From Paraphysomonas bandaiensis (Eukaryota; Protista; Chrysophyceae): a stretch of DNA of 64,000 nt. Below are positions 24,301 through 37,154 of this stretch, piece after piece. Below the pieces are notes generated by a model. The model had not been told where the DNA came from. It made no database searches and was given only the letters and a program-made list of their open reading frames with translations. Location: assembly GCA_965644295.1 (NCBI GenBank), contig CBFFRP010000071.1, forward strand, positions 1 through 64,000, read 5' to 3'. The translations under genes and the position numbers were made by a program. The number at the start of each line of letters is the position of its first letter. Position 1 is the stretch's first letter.

Positions 24301-27300
24301 TAATCACAGTATTTCCCTCCTGAATAGCTGCAATCACTTTAGACATCCACTTCTTTCCACCCTGGGTCATCACTACAACGCTGCGGTCATTTTTCTCGGT
24401 GCGTATTTCCTCGTGCCTCTTGAGCCAGCGTATGCCTTGAAGTTGTGGATCAATCAAAAGTGGCCACCTCTTGCAATTCGTTAAAATAGCACCATTCTCA
24501 ATTGATATCCTATCAGCAGGCAAGCCTTCATTTTGCCACTCGGCGACCTGCGCTTCTGTTGTCAGCACCCAAAGAGGGTCTACATCAGGCGTAATAGGCA
24601 CATCACGCGAGGTTAAGTCGTGTAGCCATTGTTCACTCCATAAGTCTCGCCTAAATACCGCACCAAATGCACCAATGTAGGATGTGAACGCTGCTGCCAG
24701 CATGACATCTCCTGCCAGGGTTTCCTCACTCTTTCGCAAATCCTGAACAGTCACTGTCCACCGATCATTCTCTGAAGCCAAGCCCGTAGTCAGGCGTTCT
24801 GCCAATGACAGTCTATCTAGGCAATCCTGGGCTTCCTTCTCCACCTTAGCTTTCTCCTTTGTTGCCTCCATGAAAGATGCCTGAAGTTTGTTTAATTTTG
24901 ATTCAATAACAGCGAGGTGCTCTTCCACGACAGCGAGATCTTCCTCTGCTTTCTTCTTGCTTTGGGTTGCCACTTCTAAACTATCCATAAGGGGCTTTAC
25001 CCGCTTATAAATTCCATTGAATGCAACAATGTTGACAACCCAATTGCATAAATTAGCGGCAGCGGCAGATTTAGTCTTCATTCTCTCGTAAGTGAAGTCC
25101 GGATTTTCTAGGTAAGGTGCTACCCTGTTGATAACATCCTCGGGGATATCCTCACCTATTCATAATTAAATACTTAGTAAACTACTTATCACATATACAA
25201 TTCAGCTTCGCACCTCGGTAGGTCTCTAACTTCTCCTTGAAACCATCAACTTTGGCCATCATTTTCTTTGCATTATCCCACGAAAAATCTTTCTTTTCAT
25301 CCTTTATCATGATGAGAAGAGCACTTGTCACTTTGTCAACACCAGCTGGTGGTTTACTGAAGCTCTTTAATTCTGTCATGCTACCTTTATCAAGACAATT
25401 TACCGCTTCGTTAGCTGCATCCAATGCAGGCCGTGCAATCGCAAGATCTCCCTCTGCCTGTTGCTCCAGAGCTCGTGCTTCTGTCGCAGCGGCATCAGCT
25501 TTTGCTTTTTCTATATCTGCTAACTCCTGCTGCGCCTGAGCCTCTGAGCGTTGTTGACCCATCTCTTCTAGTAGTTTATCTGTGGCGGCTTTTTTACCCT
25601 CAACTTCTTTCTTCTTCTCAATGAGGAAGGCTTGCAGCTCCTCCACATCCTTGTTGGTGCGCTGAAGAGTGGTCAGACCGGTATCCAAACGCTTAATATT
25701 GGCATACATGTCGTTACGCCGAGACAAAAACAGCGACTTATAGAAGTCGATAAGCTCCAAAAATGATTTTGGTGTGGTGTAATTATAACGGCGCTCAACT
25801 TTCAAATACTCCTTCGATGCTGCACCGACAGACGTGTGAACCTCAGCCATGTGATAAGCGATATTATCTTTTATGTCAGATCGTTCTCCCATATCAATAC
25901 TTTCCAGAAACCTCTGTGCGACAGATACAAGTGCGTCCTTGGGCCATTCCTGGAACCAATCTATCGAGGTACAGTTAATTATACCCGGGAATTTTCTAGC
26001 ACGTTGGCGGAAAGCATCTCCGACAGGACTAAAGCACAGCACGACATGAAGGTTTGCTCGGACACGGCTGATAAAGAAATTCATCATTGACTCTCTACCA
26101 TCTGGAACACCCTCCGCTTTCGCAACATTGCGGAGAGAAGCAAATATTCCATCATATTCCTCTTTTGTAAAAAGATCTGGTATGCGGCCAGAGCTCAAAA
26201 GATCATTGATGTATACCAAGAACCTTTCGTCGGTAATCTGTGAGTCTGTCAGCAAAAAGACTAGCGGCTCGCCAGGTTTGACTCCAGCTTTACGGTACAT
26301 GTCCTTTAGATTCTCCTTCAGATCAAGAACCGTGAAGTCAGTGGTAATTGATATTTGAATAGTTTGGTATCCACATATAAATGCGGCAAGTTTGCTCAAG
26401 CTTTGCTTTCCACTGCCGCCAACACCAACCAACAAAGCATTCCCACCTGGAAACATTAGAATTCTTGCAATTCTAGTCACATGCATCATCGCCTGTTCAA
26501 ATAGAACTAAGTCCATTATGGGGTTAGTTTCATTGTATAAAGACAGCATGGTCTCGACAGATTGCTTCAAGATATCTAAACTTTCACAAGCCATGTAGGT
26601 ACCCAGTTCGTCGCCTCTTGACTGAGTGAAGTGTGTAAACACAACAGGATCACGATATACTGCGTCATTCTCGTCCTCCATTGCTCGCTTCCCATTATCC
26701 ACTGCAATATCGCGGCAGCGCTGCACCTCTACGTCGGTTACAAGTCGGTCTCCGAACACACGCATTACTTCATGGTACCATAGTCGGTTCAGTTGGGAAG
26801 TTGTCGTGTATTCCTTACTGCGCGCATTCAGCAATCCTTTAATCACATTGGACAAGTCCCGCATTGTAAAATTGTAGTGAAATTTCACAGCTGATGGCAA
26901 AAACTTCTGCGAAACTTCCTTATGTAGCGAGATAGTAGCAGCAATCAAGTTCTTCGTATGCGCTTGGATTTTCTTGTCAAAATTGTAGAAATGGTGACTG
27001 AGTATGGTGCCAAAAATCGTAGACAAGTCTTCTTCTTCCGGCATGTGACAAGAAAATGTCACAAAATGTCTCTGCAATCTAGGATCAATAAAGAAACTAC
27101 CACTCTTGTGATTCATGCAGCAAATATACTGTGAATCGACAATTGTCTTCTTCAATGCGACGTCGCTACGATCAAACCATGTACGATGGTCAATGTGTTG
27201 GCGCATAAGTGCCATGGGGGTCTGAGTACCATAAGTCTCAACCTGGGGAAGATTCAAATCGTCAATGAAGTAAATCAAACGTCCCGAAGGTGGGCCATAT

Positions 27301-30300
27301 GATTTTCCGGACCTCTTGTCAATATGTTGTTCCAACTGCTGCTGGAGAGCCAAGGAATCAGTGTAAAAATTCATGTTAATGGAGGCAAACGCCCATCCGT
27401 CCTCATTAGTTGTCAGAGTGTTTAAGTAGTCACTAACAAGAATTGTTTTGCCTGTTCCAGCTGAACCAACGAACATAACATGATGTCCGTTTATAGCGAG
27501 CAAGTTCATCAGATACACCAAGCGGGTCGTGTCGGCTGTGGGTACCATTAGACTAGCAGCAGATTCAACAGACATTTCCGATATCATATTATGCCATGGG
27601 ACGCACTCGCCAGTTTTGAAGTCAATGGAATAATCAAATACGAGGCCACTGTCGGGAAACTTAATATCTTTTGCGATACCTTTGAAGTGATTGCTGAACT
27701 GCTTACGATAGTCGGTTTGTTTCTCCATAGAGAGAGCTCCGCCAAAGGCCCACATGGCAGCGAAAACAAACATTCTTTCCACTGTATCTTTGTTCTTCTC
27801 CACTTTCGTTGATAGCAGTATGCCATCAAGAATATAACACAGACTTTGAACCAAATTTATAAGCGGAAGCGGTACAACGGTAACTAATTTGTTAACCAGT
27901 GCCACTAAACTTCCGAGATACTTGTCGAAGAGGTCGACCAATGGTAACATTGAAGCGTTATTATCTTTTTTGTTTTCTACATCAACAGTCTTTGTTCGTA
28001 ACCAGCTCTCAACAAAAGGGGAGTATCCAATATCCGTGTCGTTAATGTACAATATACCAGCCCGAGATACTGTTGCAGGTGTAGCATTCTTAAGTGAATG
28101 AATTTCGAATACCATTCGCATAGATTCACTGAGAGGGATTCTCTCATTGGAAACAAGAGTAAGCACTTTGTTATCGTCCATAACAGTATTCATACTTTCA
28201 ATCCACACTGTAAACATGAAAACACACAATTACAAAAGAAAAGATGCTGACATCTACATACCTGAGTCAATATCACCATCCAAAACTACCCACTTTCCAG
28301 TTTGGTTCTGAGAGTACGGCGACACATTTTTGGACATATTTCTCATGATGATAGAAAGCACCCCATCTCTCCAGTCTTTCGTAAGTGTCATGTAACCATA
28401 TAGCTCGTCAGTTGTGACAGACTTCGGATTTACAACATCATATACTGTTACTGGCTTCGGCTTGTCGAGATTATGGCATCCTGCGAGAGTTTTCCAGACT
28501 GAGGTTTTACCACATCCTCCAGGCCCTAGAAGCATTACGGAGTGACGTACATCGAGAATCTCCTTATACTGCAAAACCTTCGCAATAAAGAGCTGCTCTG
28601 GCTGCAGACCTGTAGCTTTACAAACCTCCACACACTGCTTTTCCAACTGCTCGTTGACTTCAGTCTGAAGGTCCAACCCAGGAAACAAATCCGCAATTAA
28701 ACGAAGAAAGATAGGTATATCGTTGTTAGGTATCTTAGGAGTATTGAAGTCTCGTAATGCTCGCATCATGACTGCCTCTTCTTCGAGAAGAGGGTTAGCT
28801 CTCTTTAGAATACCAGCTACACACAATACAGACTTCACTGCACGCAGCCCCCAATCATAATGGTGCTGTTTAGAGAGTAACTCCGAGGATAGCCGATATA
28901 ATGTCACAAATTTCACAGATAAAGGGGTGGCTCGGACAAATCCTTCAGCCATGAGCATATTCTCCGCAATGGGAACCAAATCGGGGCGAATCATTGCACA
29001 CGACCGGAAGAGCGACTTCAAATTTTCGGGAAGCTCCGTTCTTCCAGCGTACCCAGGATTCATTGTAATGAATAGCCCAACCGTAGGGACTAATGAGAGG
29101 TTATCTCCGAAAAACGGGAAAGTTCCTACTTTAACGGGCGGAGTACCTGCAGGGAGTGACTGATATTCTTTAGCGCGATTTCCAGGAACCATGTGGAATG
29201 ATATAGCATCTAGAATTGTTCGCACTTGAGATGCCACCACAGACAACACTTCAATCTCAATACGGTTAAATTCGTCGAAACAGCCCCAGGCACCCACTTG
29301 AGTAAGTCCTTTAAATATGTCCGCCATTGTTTGGTAGTTCATTTGGTCAGAACAATTGAAGACATAACACGGGAGGCCAAGACCTCTGGCCAAATCTTTC
29401 GTAGTTTCGGTCTTTCCCGTTCCCGCAGGTCCAGCCGGAGCACCACCTAGACATAGTCTCAGTGCTACCGTGAGTGTAACATAACATCTGTCCGTCAAAG
29501 GTGTGATTACTAGGCGGCCACAATTGCCCACGTATTCAAACGAGTAAACTGTTGCATAGTCACATATACGAATGTTTACCGCCCGGTCTTCAGGTATCCA
29601 CATGTAACGCAACTGACTTTGCCACTTAAAGTCAACGTTATTCTCTACTCTCTTGTTTACCAGTGCTAACACGACATCCCTATTATGCACATCAATGGTA
29701 ATGATTGTGATAATTTTCACACGGTCACTTTGGGTCAATGAACCCTGTACAAGTCTAATCAGGCCTTCCAAACGACTACTACACACTTCAGCATACTTCT
29801 TCACGGCATCCTCCTGTCCCGCCTCAAGATTTTCCAGGGCACCTTCCACTTCTTCTGTCCAAATGATTTGAGAGGTGACCAAACCAATTTGAGCTGGGTA
29901 AGAAAATACCCATTCCTCACGCGGTTTGTCTAACTCCCATGCCGCGGCGTCAGCCACACTTTCAATCAGAATGAGGCGTAAGGTCTCCTGCATGAAAAGT
30001 ACGAGTTCATTCAGCCACATCTCTACGGCCCCATGGATTTCAAACGGAACATGGAAATCGACCTTTTCCTTATCTTTCGAAAGCATGGCCTTGGCAGCTT
30101 CCTCAGGACCTGGATTTACAGTGGAGTCCTCCTGTAGCATCTCCAGTTGTCGCGAACTTAGACATAGCTGAAGGTTTCCAATCCCATCGAAAACAGACCC
30201 AATATGGGGCATGATCTTGGAAGGGTTGTTCCCGTTGGAAAGGATATCCAAAAGGGCTGCGTTTGACACAAAATAAAATCTTGGGAATATAGACTTCTTA

Positions 30301-33300
30301 ACTTCCAAATATTCATTCAAAGCTTTCTCACACTTCTCGAGTTCTTTGTGCATCAGCAACAGGGCACCTTCCCTTCCTTCGGTTGTGCAACAGGTAACAA
30401 CATCTGGTTTCAGCTGCAAAGATTGTTAAAATGCCAATGAAATAACACACAAGCACACCTGAATCTCTCTCATTAACTCTTTAAATTCAGAATCAGTTGT
30501 TTCAAATCGCTTCGTATCATCCGGCAGTTGGGTACGTATATCTTGTGACCCCAAGAAAATACTCTCAAGAGAACCCCACTGTCGCTGTACCATGAGTAAC
30601 AGCTTTAATGTAGACTCCACATTGCCAAGAGTGGTCTGCCATTCCAACACAACATCACGAAAGAAATCCACAAACTTTCCCATTCCACTCATGCTTTGCA
30701 ATTGTAAATGGTGCTCCTCAAGTGCATCCAAAACATCATCAGGTGGAGAAACAACGAAGACTTCACTGTCACGATGTCTATCAAACCGCAAAGTGAGATT
30801 GTGCCAAATGTCTTGAATGTTATTCAAGCGCGCCTCAATCTTGAGCTCTTTGTTAGCAACCTCAACGATCTCCAGTACGTTCTCAACATGGACGTACAAA
30901 TTAAGATTCAACAAGTCGTCAAGACAGAAAGTAGGACCCTTGTCAAATACAGTCCCCGTTGTAAGCATTAGAGTTTTCCAATGTCGTTCTCTCATGGCAG
31001 GGCTGTGAAGTTCATGCACCAAAGGCAGCACAGTGTACATGTTCTTTACGTGCGTACTAAGCTGAGTGCATACATGCCAATCTTTGGAGCGACGGGGCAG
31101 CTTCTTGATTTGAACCTGAAGCCTTCGAACCTCGTCAATGAGATCATCTGTATTGATATCAGCCCAGAGGGTATTCTTCCATTGACTAAAAAGAGAATTG
31201 ACCATATATACAAAATCCCACACTTCTTTCAGACTACGGAGATCTTCCTTAACTTCGTCTAGTAATGTGTACTGCGATAGCGGCAACTCAAACAGATCCT
31301 CCAACTCATGCAATTGCTGGGATCGGGATATCATTTCCGTGAGTTGCCTCTGATACCTGTCTATTCCTTTATACGCATCCTTGATCTGTCCCATTTCTTG
31401 GATCCAGTTGAACGGTCCGTTAACACGGAATTCTTTGAGGAACTTGGCAATAGCTGCCTCAAAAGCACGAATTTCCTTTCGAATTCCATCAAGCATACTG
31501 TTTTGTAGTGGTTGGATTTCCTCCTTCACTCTGAATGCTCTGTTGACAGTATTGTCCCATATCATCTTAGCAGCTTCGAGGAAGTCAAGAGCCGCCTGTC
31601 CTCCTATTGCCGGTAAGTCAATTGGGATAGAGTGCTTCTTCAGCAACATTACAATGTTACGCAACGGGTCAAATATGACGGCTATCTCAGGCATTCTTTT
31701 TCTGACATCTCGAATATGAGTCATTACAGCCATCAACGCTTCACGATCACCAGACTCTATCGTTTGCTCTAGACCAGTGTTCACGTTGTTTAGAAAGTTA
31801 TACAAATCTGATAACTTATCTCCAATAAAGTTTTGCAAGTACTGAGTATGGCAATAGAGCCACTTAGTTACCCACGTGGATATTGCCTGTTTAGCTGGCT
31901 GAGTGTTGACCTTAAGGAAATCAATGTCGTATTGCGATTTGAACTCTTGCACATCAGCTTGCATCTCAAGAAAATGATTAATGCGGTCATTGAACATCTC
32001 GAGGTTGATGACAGTATTTTTCCAAGTGTTTTTATGCTTCTTTTTGGTGACTTCTTTCGCGTTGGTATTGCCAGCAGCGGTATCAGCAGCTCCTTCTTGT
32101 TCTACCTCAGCAAATTCCACTTCTTCTACACGAACAGCTTCTTTCAAAAATTCAGCAAATATGGCCTGTAAGTCGGTGGTCCATAGACTCTCAAATTTCT
32201 TGAATTGACGCCTGAGTTTATCAGTGTTTTGTTCGGTTGCACGAAGAAATTTTCCGATTCGAGCTTTTTGTATCTGAATTGTTGGAGCATCCGACAATTC
32301 GCGAAGGTATGATCCCTCACTGGTGTCCAAGCGCTTGAAACAACTCGATACACCAAGCATCCCGTTTATCCAAGTCTTTACAAGGTTATGTATTCCCATC
32401 TTATTTGGGTCCTTTGTTTCTACACTAGAAAGTGGTGCCATCGGGGGAACGCACACAATTTCGTTGTTTACAAGATCTAGCTGAATTTCCAGCAGTGGAG
32501 GAATTCCATGCGCATCCATATATTTCGGGCTGAGTTGATTGGCAAGAGCTTTGATTGAGCTCGCTAGCACTCGAATCAAACCAGACACAACAATGTTATT
32601 GACGAAGTCAATGTAAGACTTCCAATCAGGCAGTCCTTGTGACACTTTGAGCTTCTTGTTCGTATCTTTAAGCAGTCTGTGAATTTCCTGGCCACTTTCC
32701 TTGATAGCCTGTACCCTCTGTTGGCGAAACTTCTTGAATAAAGTAACATAGTCGGTCACAAGGGCAGTCTTCGGTCCACGTTCAAAAATCGGTTGCATCT
32801 CCCAGCTGTCTGTAATTTGTTGAACGCGTTTCAAGTTACCTTTCAGAACATGTAATACTTCGCTAGCTTCCTTGGACTCTGCCATTGCCTCACCAATAAA
32901 CAATTCAATGCCATTCGATTTCCAGTTGAGGCCACCACTTTTCCCTTTTCCCTTGCCGTCACCAATACCTTGTGCAAGACACTTGTCAATCCTCTCCAAT
33001 TGATTTTTGACTAACGGTCGTTCTACAGGTAAGAGAGAGGTTTGAATGTCATTATACATATTAACAATCAGGTCTAAATTGCCAGTATGTCTTCTGAAGA
33101 CTTCAGCACGCTGATAAATATCCATTGCAGTGTCGGGTACTTGGAGACCAAGTAACAAAAAGTACTTCACCTCACGGAGAAGTTGAACAAGGACGGGATC
33201 AAAATTAACATGAAGTAGGGATACAGGGCTGTCGTCAGACTTCTGCCGACGCAAAAGTGGGTTTCGTAGTTTCGCTTGAGAAGAAACTTCGATGCTCTGC

Positions 33301-35374
33301 CCCCAAGCTTCGATCTTTTCTTTCTCAAAATCACCCAGTTGACCAAGAAATGCTGCATACATTTTTACAGACTCTCGAGCATCCTCTCGTTCTAGTATCT
33401 TCTTATCAAGTGACTTCAGCTTCTCCAGTGGTAACTGGATTCGCTCCAACAGTCCCCTGCACCATGTCAAGGCACCGGCTATTGGGGGTAAGTTACTCGC
33501 CACTGGAGGGTTGTGCCTCCAGTCGTTGAAAAATTTCTGCACCTCCTCTGCGTCCTCCCGTACAGCGGATATCATGACACCATGTTTCTTCTCCAACTCA
33601 TCTGCAATGATTGGGCGCAGCACGAGACTGTCGAATGAATCTAATAAGCGGAACCTGCCAGCAACAGTTGATGCATCGTCAAATCCTTGAGTTATGACAC
33701 TTCCTAGACGACGATCTAATTCCTTCATACGACACCTGAAGTGCAGAAATTTACTTACAAGCATTCTACACATCGCATTCTACACATCGCATTCTACACA
33801 TCGCACTACCTGAATTCATAGAATGCATCATCAAACTTTTTGTTATCCAAATCGAGGATTCCTTTGCCTACAGACTTCACATTCTCGACGGCCTGGGTAA
33901 AGTCGAAGTGAATCTGCGCCACCGATGTCGTCAGGGTTTTGCCTTTGGTCCCGCCGACTTCAATCTTCGCTAGTTTAGTGAATTGAAGAATCGTTTGGGC
34001 AAGATCTAGAATATCATGACATCGTTCCAAGAAACCATCAAGACGAACAAATATCGCATTGTTTTGAACACGCCATGGGTTGTCAGGACATTCCACATTA
34101 GCCTTAGCTTTATAGTCGAAATATGTTGACTTAAATTTTCCAAATACCCTTAAAGTAGTCTGTAGAATCTTAACTGCCTGTACAGTTTCACCCGCTTCAA
34201 GTAAATCAAATATGGTATCGCCATTGAGGTACTCAGTTGCCTGTCGTATTAACGTGTTACATATTTCTCTCATAAGAACTACAAGTCGAGCAGGTGAATT
34301 ATAGTATGCCGACGATTTCCACACAAGAAGTACAAGATGAATAATCGGTCTAAAGTGATTCATCAGTCTTTCGAAATCGCTCTCATTTTCAAACCCCTCA
34401 AACCACGCTACCAATGGGCGGAGGTATTTGACGATATTGTTCGCCTACGATATACAGCAATAACAAACTACATTGACGACATAATTAACTCATACCTCTG
34501 CGCGAGCATGAAATACTTCCTTGCATAGCTTAGCAAAGGGTTGGTTATACGTGCTCTTCGAACGATCTAAAATCTTTAAAACACGTCTGACGCGCACGGA
34601 CTGCAGCTGATCGAATATTCCATTCAAATTTCCAGCCTTGGAGGTCCAAAATTCAATTTCCGCCATGGGTCCAGGATTTTCTTGATTTTGAAATACACTT
34701 TCAGGATCCATTTTGAGAATATTTTTTATTTGCTTCGTCCATGTGATGATTGCACCCTCTAGCGCGTGAATTTGACATGCGCCATCATTCTCCACAGCAT
34801 CCTCCGAGTCGATCTTGGAGGCCTCTGATCCTGGAATTGGTAAACACGTAACCCCTCGAACATGTCCTTGGGTAATCTGAACATTGGCAACAAATGTGTC
34901 AAAATTATCTCTGACTTCCTTTGCGATAGCTTCTGACCAAAGTTGTGCAGTCTCCTTACTACCAATGAGTGGATGGTATATCTTTTCAGATAAGACCGCT
35001 AAATGCTCCAATGGATCAGAAAATATATCACCATATATAACCTCTTGCGCAATCTTCGCATCAGAAATTTGAGACTTTACCAGTTTAACAAAATATAAGA
35101 GTTGTCCCTTTCCTTCACGAAGTGGGGCATCAGAGACTTGTATCGATCCTCGACTCTCTTTAAAAAATATAGCAGGTGTATCGCTTGAGTTGAGGAAGTC
35201 ATAAATCACCCTACAAGCCGTGTCTCCATTCAAGTATTCATTGATCTTCTCAAGGGGGATATGTCTGAATGCCTGAAGTACCTATAGCATGTGTTATAAG
35301 GGGAAATCAAGGCATGTATGTGGATACTTTACCTGGCGAGATATATACTCAAATCGGCTGTCTTCTTCGGACAT
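21305..35374 (-). CDS. Axonemal outer-arm dynein heavy chain (alpha/beta class, DNAH9/11/17-like), 7 exons, about 4600 aa
   Basis: Start MSEEDSRFEYISRQ at 35374, DHC_N1 tail, P-loops GPAGTGKT, GPGGCGKT, GSAGTGKT and GVGGSGKQ, stalk, C-terminus CPVYKTQQRGPTYVF..KWVLAGV. ORFs are joined by 45-75 nt GT-AG introns. Confidence 0.97.
33761..33802. repeat. 3 x 14-bp tandem repeat GCATTCTACACATC inside a dynein intron
   Basis: Read directly from the sequence. Confidence 0.9.
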
Positions 35375-35919
35375 TATTCACAATCAATTCATGGAGTTGC
35401 TTACTGATTTATAATACAAGTCGATCGCTGATTGAAATAATTGCAATCGTTGCTCGGTAAGCAAGTTGGTTATGTCACACGTCTCGATCTCGGACTATAT
35501 GGCGATATGCATATATAAGTACCATCATATCATACGGGTAGAGGTACTATACGTGTGTGTGTAGAGGAGACGTGTGTGTGTATATGTATGTATGTGTAGT
35601 CACTTCACACACTTCGACTTAATGTGAAACTGCTGAAGGATATACGGGGAATACAACAGCTAATACTGTATTATGAGCGGCCTGGAGAGGGCGTGTGTGC
35701 ATTATGCTGCTGTACTCTGCATATATATGTACTCTGTGTATGTAGAGTACTGCTGCTGTATGTATATGGATGTGTGTACAGTGAGTGTATCTCTACATGT
35801 CGTTTGTATGAATATACACAAGCATTTGACTCTGACTGCATTCAACTCATATTAACAGCAATTCTCAAAGAAACGAGACTAACACAGACTGTGTTAAACA
35901 AAATCTATTTAAATTCAAA

Positions 35920-36286
35920 ATGACGATGTATGTTAGACTTAAACGGAAGAATCAAACAGTGTTTCTGCATCTCGATGGCGCAGATAACTTCTTTCAAGTT
36001 AAATCAAGATTAGGAGACATCTTCGGTATGGAACCAGAGAAAATACAATTAATTGCCAGTGATAAGGTTGAATATTACTATGTATTTCCTGTCAAATGTA
36101 ATTTCGATACAGAAGCGTGAGCTACTAGACATGGCGACTGTCTCCGACCAAGAAGTCAAGAATGATGATATATTGTATTTCGTTTTCCAAAAAGAAACAG
36201 GATCAGGCTTTGAAGAGTTGCAAGTAGATTCTCTCACACATTTTGGTGAAGAAAAGGCAGAGGACCCATCTGGAATGGTACCGTAG
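35920..36286 (+). CDS. Elongin-B-like ubiquitin-fold protein; intron 36067-36112
   Basis: MYVRLKRKNQTVFL...DK|KRELLDMATVSDQEVKNDDILYFVF...FEEL matches the Elongin B pattern. The 46-nt GT-AG intron restores the frame. Confidence 0.75.
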
Positions 36287-36481
36287 TCATAGACTCAGTG
36301 TACCCTTAAAAGCTGGCCAGAAAATTTGGTTGTATATTAGTTGTTAAACTCTGTAGTCGTCATCGAATATTGCACTCCAGCCTATTAAGGGGTTTATAAT
36401 AATCAATTATGGTGTGTTGATGACCATTGCATATTTGCCATATATTTTAATGTTCAATGAATTCTCCGCCTCTAATAGTAC

Positions 36482-37064
36482 TGTAACGACTACGGGTGAT
36501 TGAGCCTCGCTATCATGACTAACATTGCTGGTCTTATCATCCCTGTCCATGTGCACAGGTGATGTGGGGTAGGATAGTCTTCTCACAACACTCTTCACTT
36601 AACTTCCTCTTCTTACTCTTTACTTCGCTACTTCTTAACTTTCAACTCAACTACGATATCAACTTTCACTATTATATCTAAAACTCCATATCCTTCTACC
36701 TATATCCCCATAGTTAATTCTAGAAGTGATTTCCCAGCCATAAATAGCTAGTTTTCTACTTCCAGAAATAATCATATAGAAATCCCTTAACATCCTGCTA
36801 TCTACTCCTATATCATCCTACAGAATACCTACGTATACCATCATAATACTGTACGGGTTACCATGAACGTCCGTTACATCCGTATGTACGGGTAGTTCCG
36901 GTACACTCCAACCCTATATCTGGCCTTAATACTCGTATCTTCTGATCTAATCATAACTACCATCTACATCTCATTTCATACTACAACCTACATCACTTCA
37001 TCTTATTCTTCAGCCATAACAACCTCCTAAATCACCCATACTTGTCATACCCAATTTTGCTACA
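36482..37064 (-). repeat. 3' LTR (583 bp)
   Basis: Copy of 40467-41049, preceded on the minus strand by a purine tract. Confidence 0.95.
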
Positions 37065-37073
37065 CTTCCCCCT
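37065..37073 (-). promoter_or_regulatory. Polypurine tract AGGGGGAAG
   Basis: Abuts the 3' LTR on the minus strand. Confidence 0.8.
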
Positions 37074-37154
37074 AATCCAAGACCTGAATAGGTCCAACAG
37101 CATAACGATCTGGCTTCATATTGACCACTTGAACTCTTACAGATTCATCCTGTA

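Noticed and set aside
35449-35462. X-box-like GTTGCTCGGTAAGC upstream of dynein
   Set aside because: It is a poor match to the consensus, and RFX regulation is not established for this lineage.
36407-36598. 63-aa ORF identical to the Gag N-terminus as a separate gene
   Set aside because: It is the 3' LTR copy running into flanking DNA.
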